The notes below the pieces were generated by a model, which was not told where the DNA came from, did no database searches, and saw only the letters and a list, made by a program, of their open reading frames with translations. Of a stretch of 64,000 nucleotides of DNA, positions 9,910 to 18,204 are shown in pieces. Both the position numbers and the translations under genes were made by a program. Where the stretch lies: the NCBI GenBank assembly GCA_963555755.3, contig OY820905.2, positions 2,560,001-2,624,000 on the forward strand, read 5' to 3'. Within the stretch, counting starts at the first letter, position 1; each line of letters begins with the position of its first letter. The stretch comes from Nitrospirales bacterium. GTDB taxonomy: Bacteria > Nitrospirota > Nitrospiria > Nitrospirales > UBA8639.

Positions 9910-11574
9910 ATGCCAACTACCCGCGAACAACTCCAACGCTGGCTCGATGAACCGGAAGGCGTCCACCTTGAATTCAAGGAAGCGAAGCACAACTTCCACT
10001 TCGACAAGTTGCTGGAATATTGCGTGGCATTGGCGAACGAGGGTGGCGGCAACATTATCCTCGGCGTGACCGATCTGCGACCGCGACGAATTGTTGGCAC
10101 GCAGGCATTCGCCGAGCCTGGTCGGACTGAAGCAGGGTTGTACGATCGGCTGTCCCACCACATTCCAGTGGAAGAGGTCACGACCACCGATGGGCGCGTG
10201 TTAGTGGTGCATGTGCCGCCTCGGTTGCCTGGGACGGCTTGGCAGATCGAGGGGCGCTACCTCAAACGCGCCGGGGATGAGTTGACGCCCATGACGGCAA
10301 ATGAACTCCGCGCGATCTTTGGGGAAGTAGGGCCGGACTTTTCGGCGGAGCCGTGCCCTGGTGCGACTGTTCTCGACCTCTCGGCGGCGGCGATTGGGGC
10401 ATTTCGTACCCGCTGGGTTGAACGGACGCGAGATGAACGGAAGGTGGCATGGACCGATCTTGAGACGTTGACCAATGCCGAATTGCTGGTCGAAGCCGTT
10501 CCCACCTATGCGGCGTTAATCTTGTTTGGCACACGCGCGGTACTTGGCCGGCGGCTGGCGCAGGCGGAAATTGTGTTCGAATATCGGTCATCCGAGGCCT
10601 CGGGTCCGGCCGCCGACCGTGAGGAGTTTCGGGAGGGATTTTTTCTCTGTCACGATGCGCTGTGGCAGAAGATCAATTTGCGCAACGATCGCCAAAGCTA
10701 TCAGGATGGATTGTTCCGGGTAGAGCTGCCTACCTTTGATGAGGTGTCGGTGCGAGAAGCCCTGTTGAATGCGGTGGCGCATCGAGATTACCGGCAGGGT
10801 GGCTCCATTTTCGTTCGCCAGTTTGCACACCGGTTTGAGGTGGTCAGTCCTGGGGGACTTCCACCGGGCATCACTCCCGAGAATATTCTTGAGCAGCAGA
10901 GTCCACCCAATCGTCGCCTCGCCGAGGCTTTGGCCAAGTGCGGCTTGATCGAGCGGTCGGGTCAAGGCATGAACCTCATGTTTGAACAGGCGATCCGGCA
11001 GGGCAAACCACTCCCCAGCTTGGCCGGGACTTCGGCTCATGAGGTTCGTCTCACGCTGGACGGTCTGGTAAAGCGCCCAGCTTTTGTGCGTTTTATGGAG
11101 CGGCTTGGCGCGGAGCGGCTTCGTTCGTATTCCACCAACGACTTTCTTGCGTTAGATTATTTGCATCGGGAAGAACCGCTGCCGGACTATTTGAAAGCCA
11201 GGTTGCCGGGGTTAATCGATGGCGGTGCTGTGGAGTCCATCGGCCGTGGGAAGGGCACGCGCTATTTGCTGTCGCATCACTTATATGCTGCATTGGGTAC
11301 CAAGGGGGTGCGTACCCGTAAGAAAGGGCTCGATCGGGAGACAAACAAAGCCTTATTGGTCAGGCATATCCAGGATAACAAGGCTACAGGGTCAAAAATG
11401 GAGGAACTCCGGCAAGTGCTCCCCGCTCATTCGCGCAGTCAAATCCAAGTTCTGTTGCGCGAGTTGGTGAAACAGGAGGCGGTGCATGTCCATGGAGCGA
11501 CTCGGGCGGCCCGCTGGTATCCAGGGCTCGAAGAATCGGATTGCAACCATGCGTCAGTCCAATGCAATACTTGA
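9910..11574 (+). CDS. Schlafen/AlbA_2 + ATPase-like + wHTH protein
   Basis: EGVHLEFKEA, ALANEGGG, REALLNAVAHRDY, SPGGLP, ERSGQG. Confidence 0.85.
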   Translation: MPTTREQLQRWLDEPEGVHLEFKEAKHNFHFDKLLEYCVALANEGGGNIILGVTDLRPRRIVGTQAFAEPGRTEAGLYDRLSHHIPVEEVTTTDGRVLVVHVPPRLPGTAWQIEGRYLKRAGDELTPMTANELRAIFGEVGPDFSAEPCPGATVLDLSAAAIGAFRTRWVERTRDERKVAWTDLETLTNAELLVEAVPTYAALILFGTRAVLGRRLAQAEIVFEYRSSEASGPAADREEFREGFFLCHDALWQKINLRNDRQSYQDGLFRVELPTFDEVSVREALLNAVAHRDYRQGGSIFVRQFAHRFEVVSPGGLPPGITPENILEQQSPPNRRLAEALAKCGLIERSGQGMNLMFEQAIRQGKPLPSLAGTSAHEVRLTLDGLVKRPAFVRFMERLGAERLRSYSTNDFLALDYLHREEPLPDYLKARLPGLIDGGAVESIGRGKGTRYLLSHHLYAALGTKGVRTRKKGLDRETNKALLVRHIQDNKATGSKMEELRQVLPAHSRSQIQVLLRELVKQEAVHVHGATRAARWYPGLEESDCNHASVQCNT

Positions 11575-11703
11575 CCGAGGTTTTTCCTTTCTGGACCAAC
11601 ATATTTCCTTTTATTCCAATGCGTTACGATTGCAACCGTATTGTGACCGCATTGGGCTTAGTTGCAATCTCTGACTGTTACTCAGTGCGGAAAGCCTGAA
11701 GGG

Positions 11704-14700
11704 ATGAGCCACTTTGGTTTTCTCCAGACGGACTGGCCGGCGGTTTTCGAGGCAACGGCGAAGGCGGAGTTGTTGGTGCACGCCGATCCACGCACGGCAT
11801 GCTTCTATGCCCGGCGCGCGCTCGAGCTGGCCGTGGCGTGGGCGTACAAACACGACAGTTCGCTGCGGCTTCCGTATCAAGACAACCTGAGTGCGCTGAT
11901 CCACGAGCCCACTTTCAAGGCTGTTGCTGGCGAGGCGGTGTTCAGTAAGGCCCGGGTCATCAATACGCTGGGCAATCAGGCTGTTCACAGTCATCGTCCA
12001 ATCCAACAATCTGACGCACTTACGGCGGTGCGGGAACTATTTCATGTGGGCTACTGGTTGGCCCGTTCGTATGCTCGAGGCACGAAGCCGGCTCCGGGGT
12101 TGGCGTTCGATGCACAGGCACTGCCCAAGACCTCGCCGCTACCGAAACAGACCATCGACCAGCTCCAGCAGCTAGAGTCTGGTCTTCGCGAGCGGGACGA
12201 GAAGCTTTCGGCACTCCTAGCCGACAAGGACGCCTTGGATGCGGAGCTAAAGCGGTTGCGCGCTGAAGTGGCCGAGGCAAAAAAGGCCACTGCGGCGCAA
12301 CCGGACACGCATGATTACTCCGAGGCCGAGACCCGTGACTACTTCATTGACCTGTTGCTCAAAGAGGCTGGTTGGCCGCTTGAGCAGCCGCATGATCGCG
12401 AGTTCGAAGTGACGGAGATGCCGAATACTCAGGGCAAAGGCTTTGTGGACTACGTGCTCTGGGGTAACGATGGCAAGCCCCTGGGTCTTGTCGAGGCTAA
12501 ACGCACCCGTCGCGATCCGCGAGTCGGGCAACAACAGGCGAAGCTCTACGCTGATTGCCTGGAACAACAGTTTGGCCAACGGCCGCTCATCTTCTATTCC
12601 AACGGGTACGATCACTGGTTGTGGGACGACGTGAACTATCCGCCCCGCCAGGTGCAGGGTTTCTATAAGAAAGCCGAACTGGAGCTTGTCATTCAGAGAC
12701 GCAGTATCCGAAAGTCACTCGCCGCGGCTGCGATCAACCTTCAAATTGTCGAGCGCTACTACCAGACCCGGAGCCTTCGCCGCATCGGCGAAGCCTTCGA
12801 GCGCGACCATGACCGCAAGGCCTTGGTGGTGATGGCCACCGGGGCGGGTAAAACACGTACGGTCATTGCCCTTTCGGATCTCCTGATGCGCTGCAACTGG
12901 GCAAAGCGCATCCTTTTCCTCGCCGATCGCGTGGCCTTAGTACGCCAAGCAGTGAATGCGTTCAAGAACCATTTGCCAGATTCTTCGCCGGTCAATCTCG
13001 TCACCGAGAAGGACACCGAAGGGCGGGTGTTTGTTTCGACATATCCGACCATGATGGGTTTGATCGACGACACACAGGACGGGCTTCGGCGCTTCGGGGT
13101 CGGCCACTTCGATCTCGTGATCATCGACGAGGCACACCGCTCGGTGTTTCAGAAATACCGGGCCATCTTCGAGTACTTTGACTCGCTACTGGTGGGCCTC
13201 ACAGCCACCCCGAAAGACGAGGTGGACCGTAACACCTACAGTCTGTTCGATCTAGAAAACGGCGTCCCGACTGACGCCTATGGACTCGAAGAGGCGGTGA
13301 ATGATGGATTTCTGGTTCCGCCCAAGGCGGTGTCGGTGCCGCTCAGGTTCCAGCGTGAGGGCATTAACTACAATGACCTTTCCGAAGAAGAAAAAGAACA
13401 GTGGGACGCGCTTGAGTGGGATGAGGAGGGTGGTGTCCCCGACCGGATCGAGGCCGAGGCCGTCAACAAGTGGCTGTTCAATAAAGACACCGTGGACAAG
13501 GTGCTGGCTCATTTGATGACGCGCGGGCTGACCGTTGCTGGCGGCGATCGGCTGGGCAAAACTATCCTATTTGCCAAGAATCAGGCCCACGCTGATTTTA
13601 TCGCCGACCGGTTTAATATCAACTATCCGCACTATAAGGGCGAGTTTGCCCGGGTCATCACGTTCAAGACCGAATACGCCCAGAGCCTGATCGATTACTT
13701 TTCCAATAAAGACAAGCCACCCCACCTCGCACTCTCGGTGGATATGCTCGACACCGGCATTGATATTCCGGAGGTCCTTAACTTGGTGTTCTTCAAACTG
13801 GTGCGTTCGAAGACCAAGTTCTGGCAGATGGTCGGACGCGGAACACGCTTGTGCCCGGACCTGTTCGGACCGGGCCAGCACAAGCAGTTCTTTTACCTGT
13901 TTGACTACTGCCAAAACCTTGAGTTTTTCAGTCAGAACCCTGAGACCACAGAGGGTGCGCTGGGTCAGTCACTCGGCAAACGGCTCTTCAAAGGGCGGCT
14001 CGAGCTTATTGGAGCGCTCGATAAAAAGTTAGTTGGTCTAAGCGAAACCGACAGAATCAAGCTCGTAGGTTCCGTCTATGGCGATCCATTCACAGAATCA
14101 GCTTTGCGGCAAGTGGTAGCGGAACTCTTGCATAACGAGGTCGCCGCCATGAATTTGGAAAATTTTGTCGTACGGCCCAAGCGACGTGTCGTCGAGAAAT
14201 ATACCAAAACTCATTCCTGGGACATTCTGTCTGCGGAATCATTGCATGAATTAGCACGGGAGGTAGCTGGCTTGCCATCTGAACTCGAGCCTGAATCCGA
14301 AGAGGCAAAGCGCTTTGACCTGCTCATACTCAATTTGCAATTGACGGTCCTGGGCTCCAAGCCCGCCTTTGCGCGTTTGCGCGATGAAGTGATAGCGATC
14401 GCCGGTTTACTGGAAGAGAAGTCTGCGATTCCCATGGTACAAGAGCAAATGGCGCTGATTCAGGATCTGCAAACTGACGAGTGGTGGCAGGACGTGACCT
14501 GCCAGATGCTTGAGGCTGTCCGGCGGCGGTTGAGAAATCTCGTGCAGTTGATCGAGAAGGCGAAGCGTATACCCATCTACACCGACTTCGAAGACGAGAT
14601 GGGTGATGAGACAGGTGTGGATTTGCCAGGCTTTACGGACAGCAACGGTTTCGAGAAGTTTCGCGCAAAGGCGCAGGCTTTCCTCCGCGCGCATCAGGAT

Positions 14701-15120
14701 CACATGACAATTCACAAGCTGCGCATGAACAAAGCACTCACAGAAGGGGACCTGGCTGAACTGGAGCGAATGCTCGCCGAAAGCGGAGTCGGCGAGATGC
14801 AAGACATCAGTCGGGCCAAGGCAGAGTCCCAAGGCCTCGGTCTCTTCGTGCGCGCACTGGTGGGCATGGACCGAGAGGCCGCCAAGCAAGCACTCGCAGG
14901 ATTCTTGGCGGGTAAAACAATGAGCGCGAATCAGATCGAGTTCGTAAACCTGATCGTGAACCGCCTGACTGAGCACGGTGTGATGGAAGCCACAGCGCTC
15001 TACGAATCGCCATTCACCGACCTTACCCCGCAAGGTCCAGATGAACTTTTTACATCCATTCAGGTGGATGAATTAATTCGAGTTCTCGATCAGGTCAGGG
15101 CAACAGCTGTGGCCGTCTGA
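11704..15120 (+). CDS. hsdR: Type I R-M restriction subunit
   Basis: D..L..EAK nuclease motif, MATGAGKT, DEAH, LTATP, QMVGRGTR. Confidence 0.95.
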   Translation: MSHFGFLQTDWPAVFEATAKAELLVHADPRTACFYARRALELAVAWAYKHDSSLRLPYQDNLSALIHEPTFKAVAGEAVFSKARVINTLGNQAVHSHRPIQQSDALTAVRELFHVGYWLARSYARGTKPAPGLAFDAQALPKTSPLPKQTIDQLQQLESGLRERDEKLSALLADKDALDAELKRLRAEVAEAKKATAAQPDTHDYSEAETRDYFIDLLLKEAGWPLEQPHDREFEVTEMPNTQGKGFVDYVLWGNDGKPLGLVEAKRTRRDPRVGQQQAKLYADCLEQQFGQRPLIFYSNGYDHWLWDDVNYPPRQVQGFYKKAELELVIQRRSIRKSLAAAAINLQIVERYYQTRSLRRIGEAFERDHDRKALVVMATGAGKTRTVIALSDLLMRCNWAKRILFLADRVALVRQAVNAFKNHLPDSSPVNLVTEKDTEGRVFVSTYPTMMGLIDDTQDGLRRFGVGHFDLVIIDEAHRSVFQKYRAIFEYFDSLLVGLTATPKDEVDRNTYSLFDLENGVPTDAYGLEEAVNDGFLVPPKAVSVPLRFQREGINYNDLSEEEKEQWDALEWDEEGGVPDRIEAEAVNKWLFNKDTVDKVLAHLMTRGLTVAGGDRLGKTILFAKNQAHADFIADRFNINYPHYKGEFARVITFKTEYAQSLIDYFSNKDKPPHLALSVDMLDTGIDIPEVLNLVFFKLVRSKTKFWQMVGRGTRLCPDLFGPGQHKQFFYLFDYCQNLEFFSQNPETTEGALGQSLGKRLFKGRLELIGALDKKLVGLSETDRIKLVGSVYGDPFTESALRQVVAELLHNEVAAMNLENFVVRPKRRVVEKYTKTHSWDILSAESLHELAREVAGLPSELEPESEEAKRFDLLILNLQLTVLGSKPAFARLRDEVIAIAGLLEEKSAIPMVQEQMALIQDLQTDEWWQDVTCQMLEAVRRRLRNLVQLIEKAKRIPIYTDFEDEMGDETGVDLPGFTDSNGFEKFRAKAQAFLRAHQDHMTIHKLRMNKALTEGDLAELERMLAESGVGEMQDISRAKAESQGLGLFVRALVGMDREAAKQALAGFLAGKTMSANQIEFVNLIVNRLTEHGVMEATALYESPFTDLTPQGPDELFTSIQVDELIRVLDQVRATAVAV

Positions 15121-15143
15121 GGTAAATTGGGGTCGAGAAATTT

Positions 15144-15284
15144 GGGTCGAGTCTTTTGTTGAGAGTTTCGGGTTGCCGGAGGGGACTTCAGAACTATGGC
15201 TCATTCCCTTCGAACTGAGAATTCTTGAGCCATCGGTTCTGCGGAGATGGAATTGTTTAATTAGTCAACAAAAGATGTGACCTC
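15144..15284 (+). repeat. Miniature Y1/RAYT-derived element, copy 1
   Basis: GGGTCGAGTCTTTTGTTGA...TCAACAAAAGATGTGACC ends; internal ATG reading MAHSLRTE. Confidence 0.8.
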
Positions 15285-15387
15285 TTCTCCTTCTCTTCTT
15301 GTAATCTTCCCTTCTTCTTCTCGAAGGGAAGCCTTCCCTTGCTCCACTTCTAATAGTTATTTTTCCTGACTGCGACCTATTTATGTG

Positions 15388-15416
15388 TTGCAGTTTGCAG
15401 TCATTTGACGTACAAT
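15388..15416 (+). promoter_or_regulatory. Sigma70-like promoter of dinJ-yafQ
   Basis: TTGCAG-17 bp-TACAAT. Confidence 0.6.
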
Positions 15417-15465
15417 TGAACTATACACCCTACCTAATGAATCACTTATTGAAGGAGTCTAAGCC

Positions 15466-15719
15466 ATGGCGAATGTCACGGTTCAATCACGAGTCAAACC
15501 GGAACTGAAAGAAAAAGCGGAAGCGGTTTTTTCAGCGGTCGGGTTAAGTACGTCCGATGCCATCCGCATGTTTTTGCAACAATCGGTGAATATGGGCGGG
15601 TTGCCATTCCGCCCGACCGCCAAACAACCCAATGCCGACACCCTTGAAGCCATGGCCGAATTGGCCAAGGGAAGACGTTTCGCAGCACCAAGGAATTCTA
15701 TAAAGACCTCGGCATTTAA
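15466..15719 (+). pseudogene. dinJ: RelB/DinJ antitoxin with a frameshift near 15670
   Basis: LKEKAEAVF..GLSTSDAIRMFL..GLPF; the expected tail GKTFRSTKEFYKDLGI* is in another frame. Confidence 0.75.
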
Positions 15720-15722
15720 TCC

Positions 15723-16001
15723 ATGTACAGCTTCACGCGCTCATCGAAGTTTCGGCGTGATGTCCGTCGGTGTCAACACCAACACAAAGACATGGAGAAG
15801 TTTAAAACCCTCCATGAACTCCTGATTGCCGGAAAGCCTCTTCCATCCAAATACAAAGATCATTTGCTTATAGGCACTTGGGGAAACCACAGAGAATGTC
15901 ACCTGGAATCCGATTGGCTCCTCATTTACCGAATCAACGAAGGAGAACAGCTCATCGAGTATGTCCGTATGGGCAACCACGCCGAGTTATTCAGTGGCTA
16001 A
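15723..16001 (+). CDS. yafQ: YafQ-family mRNA interferase toxin
   Basis: YKDHLL, RECHLESDWLLIY, RMGNHAELF. Confidence 0.9.
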   Translation: MYSFTRSSKFRRDVRRCQHQHKDMEKFKTLHELLIAGKPLPSKYKDHLLIGTWGNHRECHLESDWLLIYRINEGEQLIEYVRMGNHAELFSG

Positions 16002-16026
16002 ATACTGTCACGAGAAAACGAAAAAC

Positions 16027-16171
16027 GGGTCGAGCCTTTTGTTGAGAGTTTCGCGTGGCCGGAGGGGACTTCATCACTATGGCTCGTCCCCTTCGAATTG
16101 AGAATTCTTGGGCCTTCGGTTCTGAAGAGCTGGGATTGTTTCATGAGTCACCCAAAGACTACTCCGACCCC
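16027..16171 (+). repeat. Miniature Y1/RAYT-derived element, copy 2
   Basis: Same repeat; ATG at 16079 reads MARPLRIE. Confidence 0.8.
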
Positions 16172-16207
16172 AACTCCGAAGCGGCAAAACACTAAAAGGA
16201 GCACCCG

Positions 16208-16624
16208 ATGAGTAGGATTCTGGAACAAGCCAAGTTGTTCTTTGATGCATGCGAAACCGAAAAGGGCTGGGAAGGCTGTCGTGCCTACTGCCATCCGGAC
16301 GCGACGTTTTCTGCACAAGCGGCGGCGATTTCTGACATAGAGACCGTCGAAGGATATAGCGAGTGGATGAAGAATCTTCTTACTCCGATACCAGACGGAA
16401 GATATGAACTGAAGTTCTTTGCAGCCGACGAGGAGCGGAACTGCGTGGCTGCATTCGCCGTATTTCATGGGACACAGACTGGCCCCGGAGGCCCTGGCGA
16501 GCCAACAGGAAACACCGTAACAGCCGACTATGTCTATGCCATGGAGTTCAACGGCGACCGCATTCGTCACATGACCAAAATATGGAACGACACCATCAGT
16601 CTCCAGCAGTTAGGGTGGCCATAG
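16208..16624 (+). CDS. SnoaL/NTF2-like ester cyclase family protein
   Basis: FHGTQTGPGGP..PTG and YVYAMEF motifs; AAGGAG RBS. Confidence 0.8.
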   Translation: MSRILEQAKLFFDACETEKGWEGCRAYCHPDATFSAQAAAISDIETVEGYSEWMKNLLTPIPDGRYELKFFAADEERNCVAAFAVFHGTQTGPGGPGEPTGNTVTADYVYAMEFNGDRIRHMTKIWNDTISLQQLGWP

Positions 16625-16666
16625 ATCTCGCGATGTTACGACCTGGGCAAAAACCGGGTCGGAAAC

Positions 16667-16807
16667 GGGTCGGGTCGTTTGTTGAGAGTTTCGCGTTGCC
16701 GGAGGGGACTTCATAACCATGGCTCGTTCCCTTCGAATGGAGAATTCTTGAGCCATCGGTTCTGCGGAGATGGAATTGTTTAATTAGTCAACAAAAGACT
16801 CGACCCC
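16667..16807 (+). repeat. Miniature Y1/RAYT-derived element, copy 3
   Basis: Same repeat; ends TCAACAAAAGACTCGACCCC. Confidence 0.8.
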
Positions 16808-17091
16808 AAATCTACACTTTTGTGCTCACACAATCCTAACGAGATTTTACGCACCAAATCGGTGTCGGAACTCGGGCTCTCCGGACTGGTCTCAGCATTG
16901 CGTCATCAACCCAGCCATGGTGAATGATTAATGGACACGGGCAGAGACTCCATTAAAGGTCCTTGATCGTGTGGTTTCCCTTGAAACGTGAATTCCCTAT
17001 TTGGATCTTCCAAGAACCCTGTGTTGGGGGCATTCAGTTCAGTGGATTAGACGCCTGAACTAAGCGTTAACAGATTGTTTGAAACAGAAAT

Positions 17092-17736
17092 TTAAGCCTT
17101 GGGTTTCACGCAACTCTGTTGACCACGCCATTGAGACAGGCGATAGCGCAGCGTACTGGCCCAGTATTGGAATGACTCTTCGAGGGCAGTCCCTTCGGAG
17201 GAAAATAATCTCCCACTCCGTCGATCCACAGCGGCCACCAAAAGAATATTGAGTTCAGCATCAGTAATCTTGGCTTCAATACTGGCCGCTCCAGAGTGGC
17301 CAGTGAGGCCAGAGGGATTCGCTTCGGTAAGCGCTACACTAATCTGCATCACGTTAGGGCTTGGCTGTAGAACAATACTGTAGTCGGGTAATAATTTGTC
17401 ATGGAGAATGCCCCTAAGACGTGTGACCAAACGCGAGCGCTCGCGTGGAGGAACGTCGTGCAGAGGGGAACTCTTTCCCATCCAGAGTTGAACGGGGTCG
17501 ATGATGACTTTGGTGTATTTTTTCCATTCGGCAATGGGATTCTTATAGATCAGGAGGGCCTCACCTTTTTCCCCCTTCCGGAGGATGGAATAATCATCAA
17601 GGAATCCTGATTTCACGACATTCCTGGACTGCTTCGTGCTGGAACATCCTACTGCTCCAATCAGAAAAACGATGAGAACGATTCGGGATATAATGGTCAC
17701 GGCCTGACTCCTTTTTGAAAATGCACGTGTATTCAT
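17092..17736 (-). CDS. DUF3313-like lipoprotein
   Basis: Lipobox AVGC; SGFLDDYS and AAVDRR motifs. Confidence 0.75.
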   Translation of the reverse strand: MNTRAFSKRSQAVTIISRIVLIVFLIGAVGCSSTKQSRNVVKSGFLDDYSILRKGEKGEALLIYKNPIAEWKKYTKVIIDPVQLWMGKSSPLHDVPPRERSRLVTRLRGILHDKLLPDYSIVLQPSPNVMQISVALTEANPSGLTGHSGAASIEAKITDAELNILLVAAVDRRSGRLFSSEGTALEESFQYWASTLRYRLSQWRGQQSCVKPKA

Positions 17737-17960
17737 GTTTCGTCGCCCTGGGGGGCGAATGTTAGTCTCTAACTCATTTTCCCCATATCTTGTCAAGCTC
17801 CCCTCCCCTCTTCACTCACAGTTTTGTTCCCCATTCTCCGTCTCCGGTAGGCACACTTCATCACATGCCTGAATGAATTCAAGAAGCGTTGGGTCTCACC
17901 TCATATGGCTTGACGATGATGACCTCGGGATGGATTGTCTGTTGGGATCTCTTCTATTCA

Positions 17961-17991
17961 TGTCGGGTTACGCTGCGCTAACCCGACCTAC
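17961..17991 (-). repeat. GTAG-type REP palindrome
   Basis: GTAG-GTCGGGTTAGCGCAGCGTAACCCGAC-A on the minus strand. Confidence 0.7.
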
Positions 17992-18204
17992 TGGTAGGCG
18001 AAGGGAGTTGGGAACGATTTCCGCCGGTGGCTGAAATGACACGAGCCTGAGGTTCATCGAATCTGATTCCATTTATTACCCTTTCACGTTCTTCTTCCAA
18101 CTGCGCAGGTTGAAAAGCATAATTCCCTGCGAAGAACATGCTTGCGTGATGAAAAAAGGCGACTCAGGTAGAGCCTGAGCCGCCTGAGAAGAATGGCCTA
18201 ACGC

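Noticed and set aside
15144..16807. Integron attC array or CRISPR array
   Set aside because: No RYYYAAC/GTTRRRY core sites and no integrase were seen; repeats and intervals are far too long for CRISPR.
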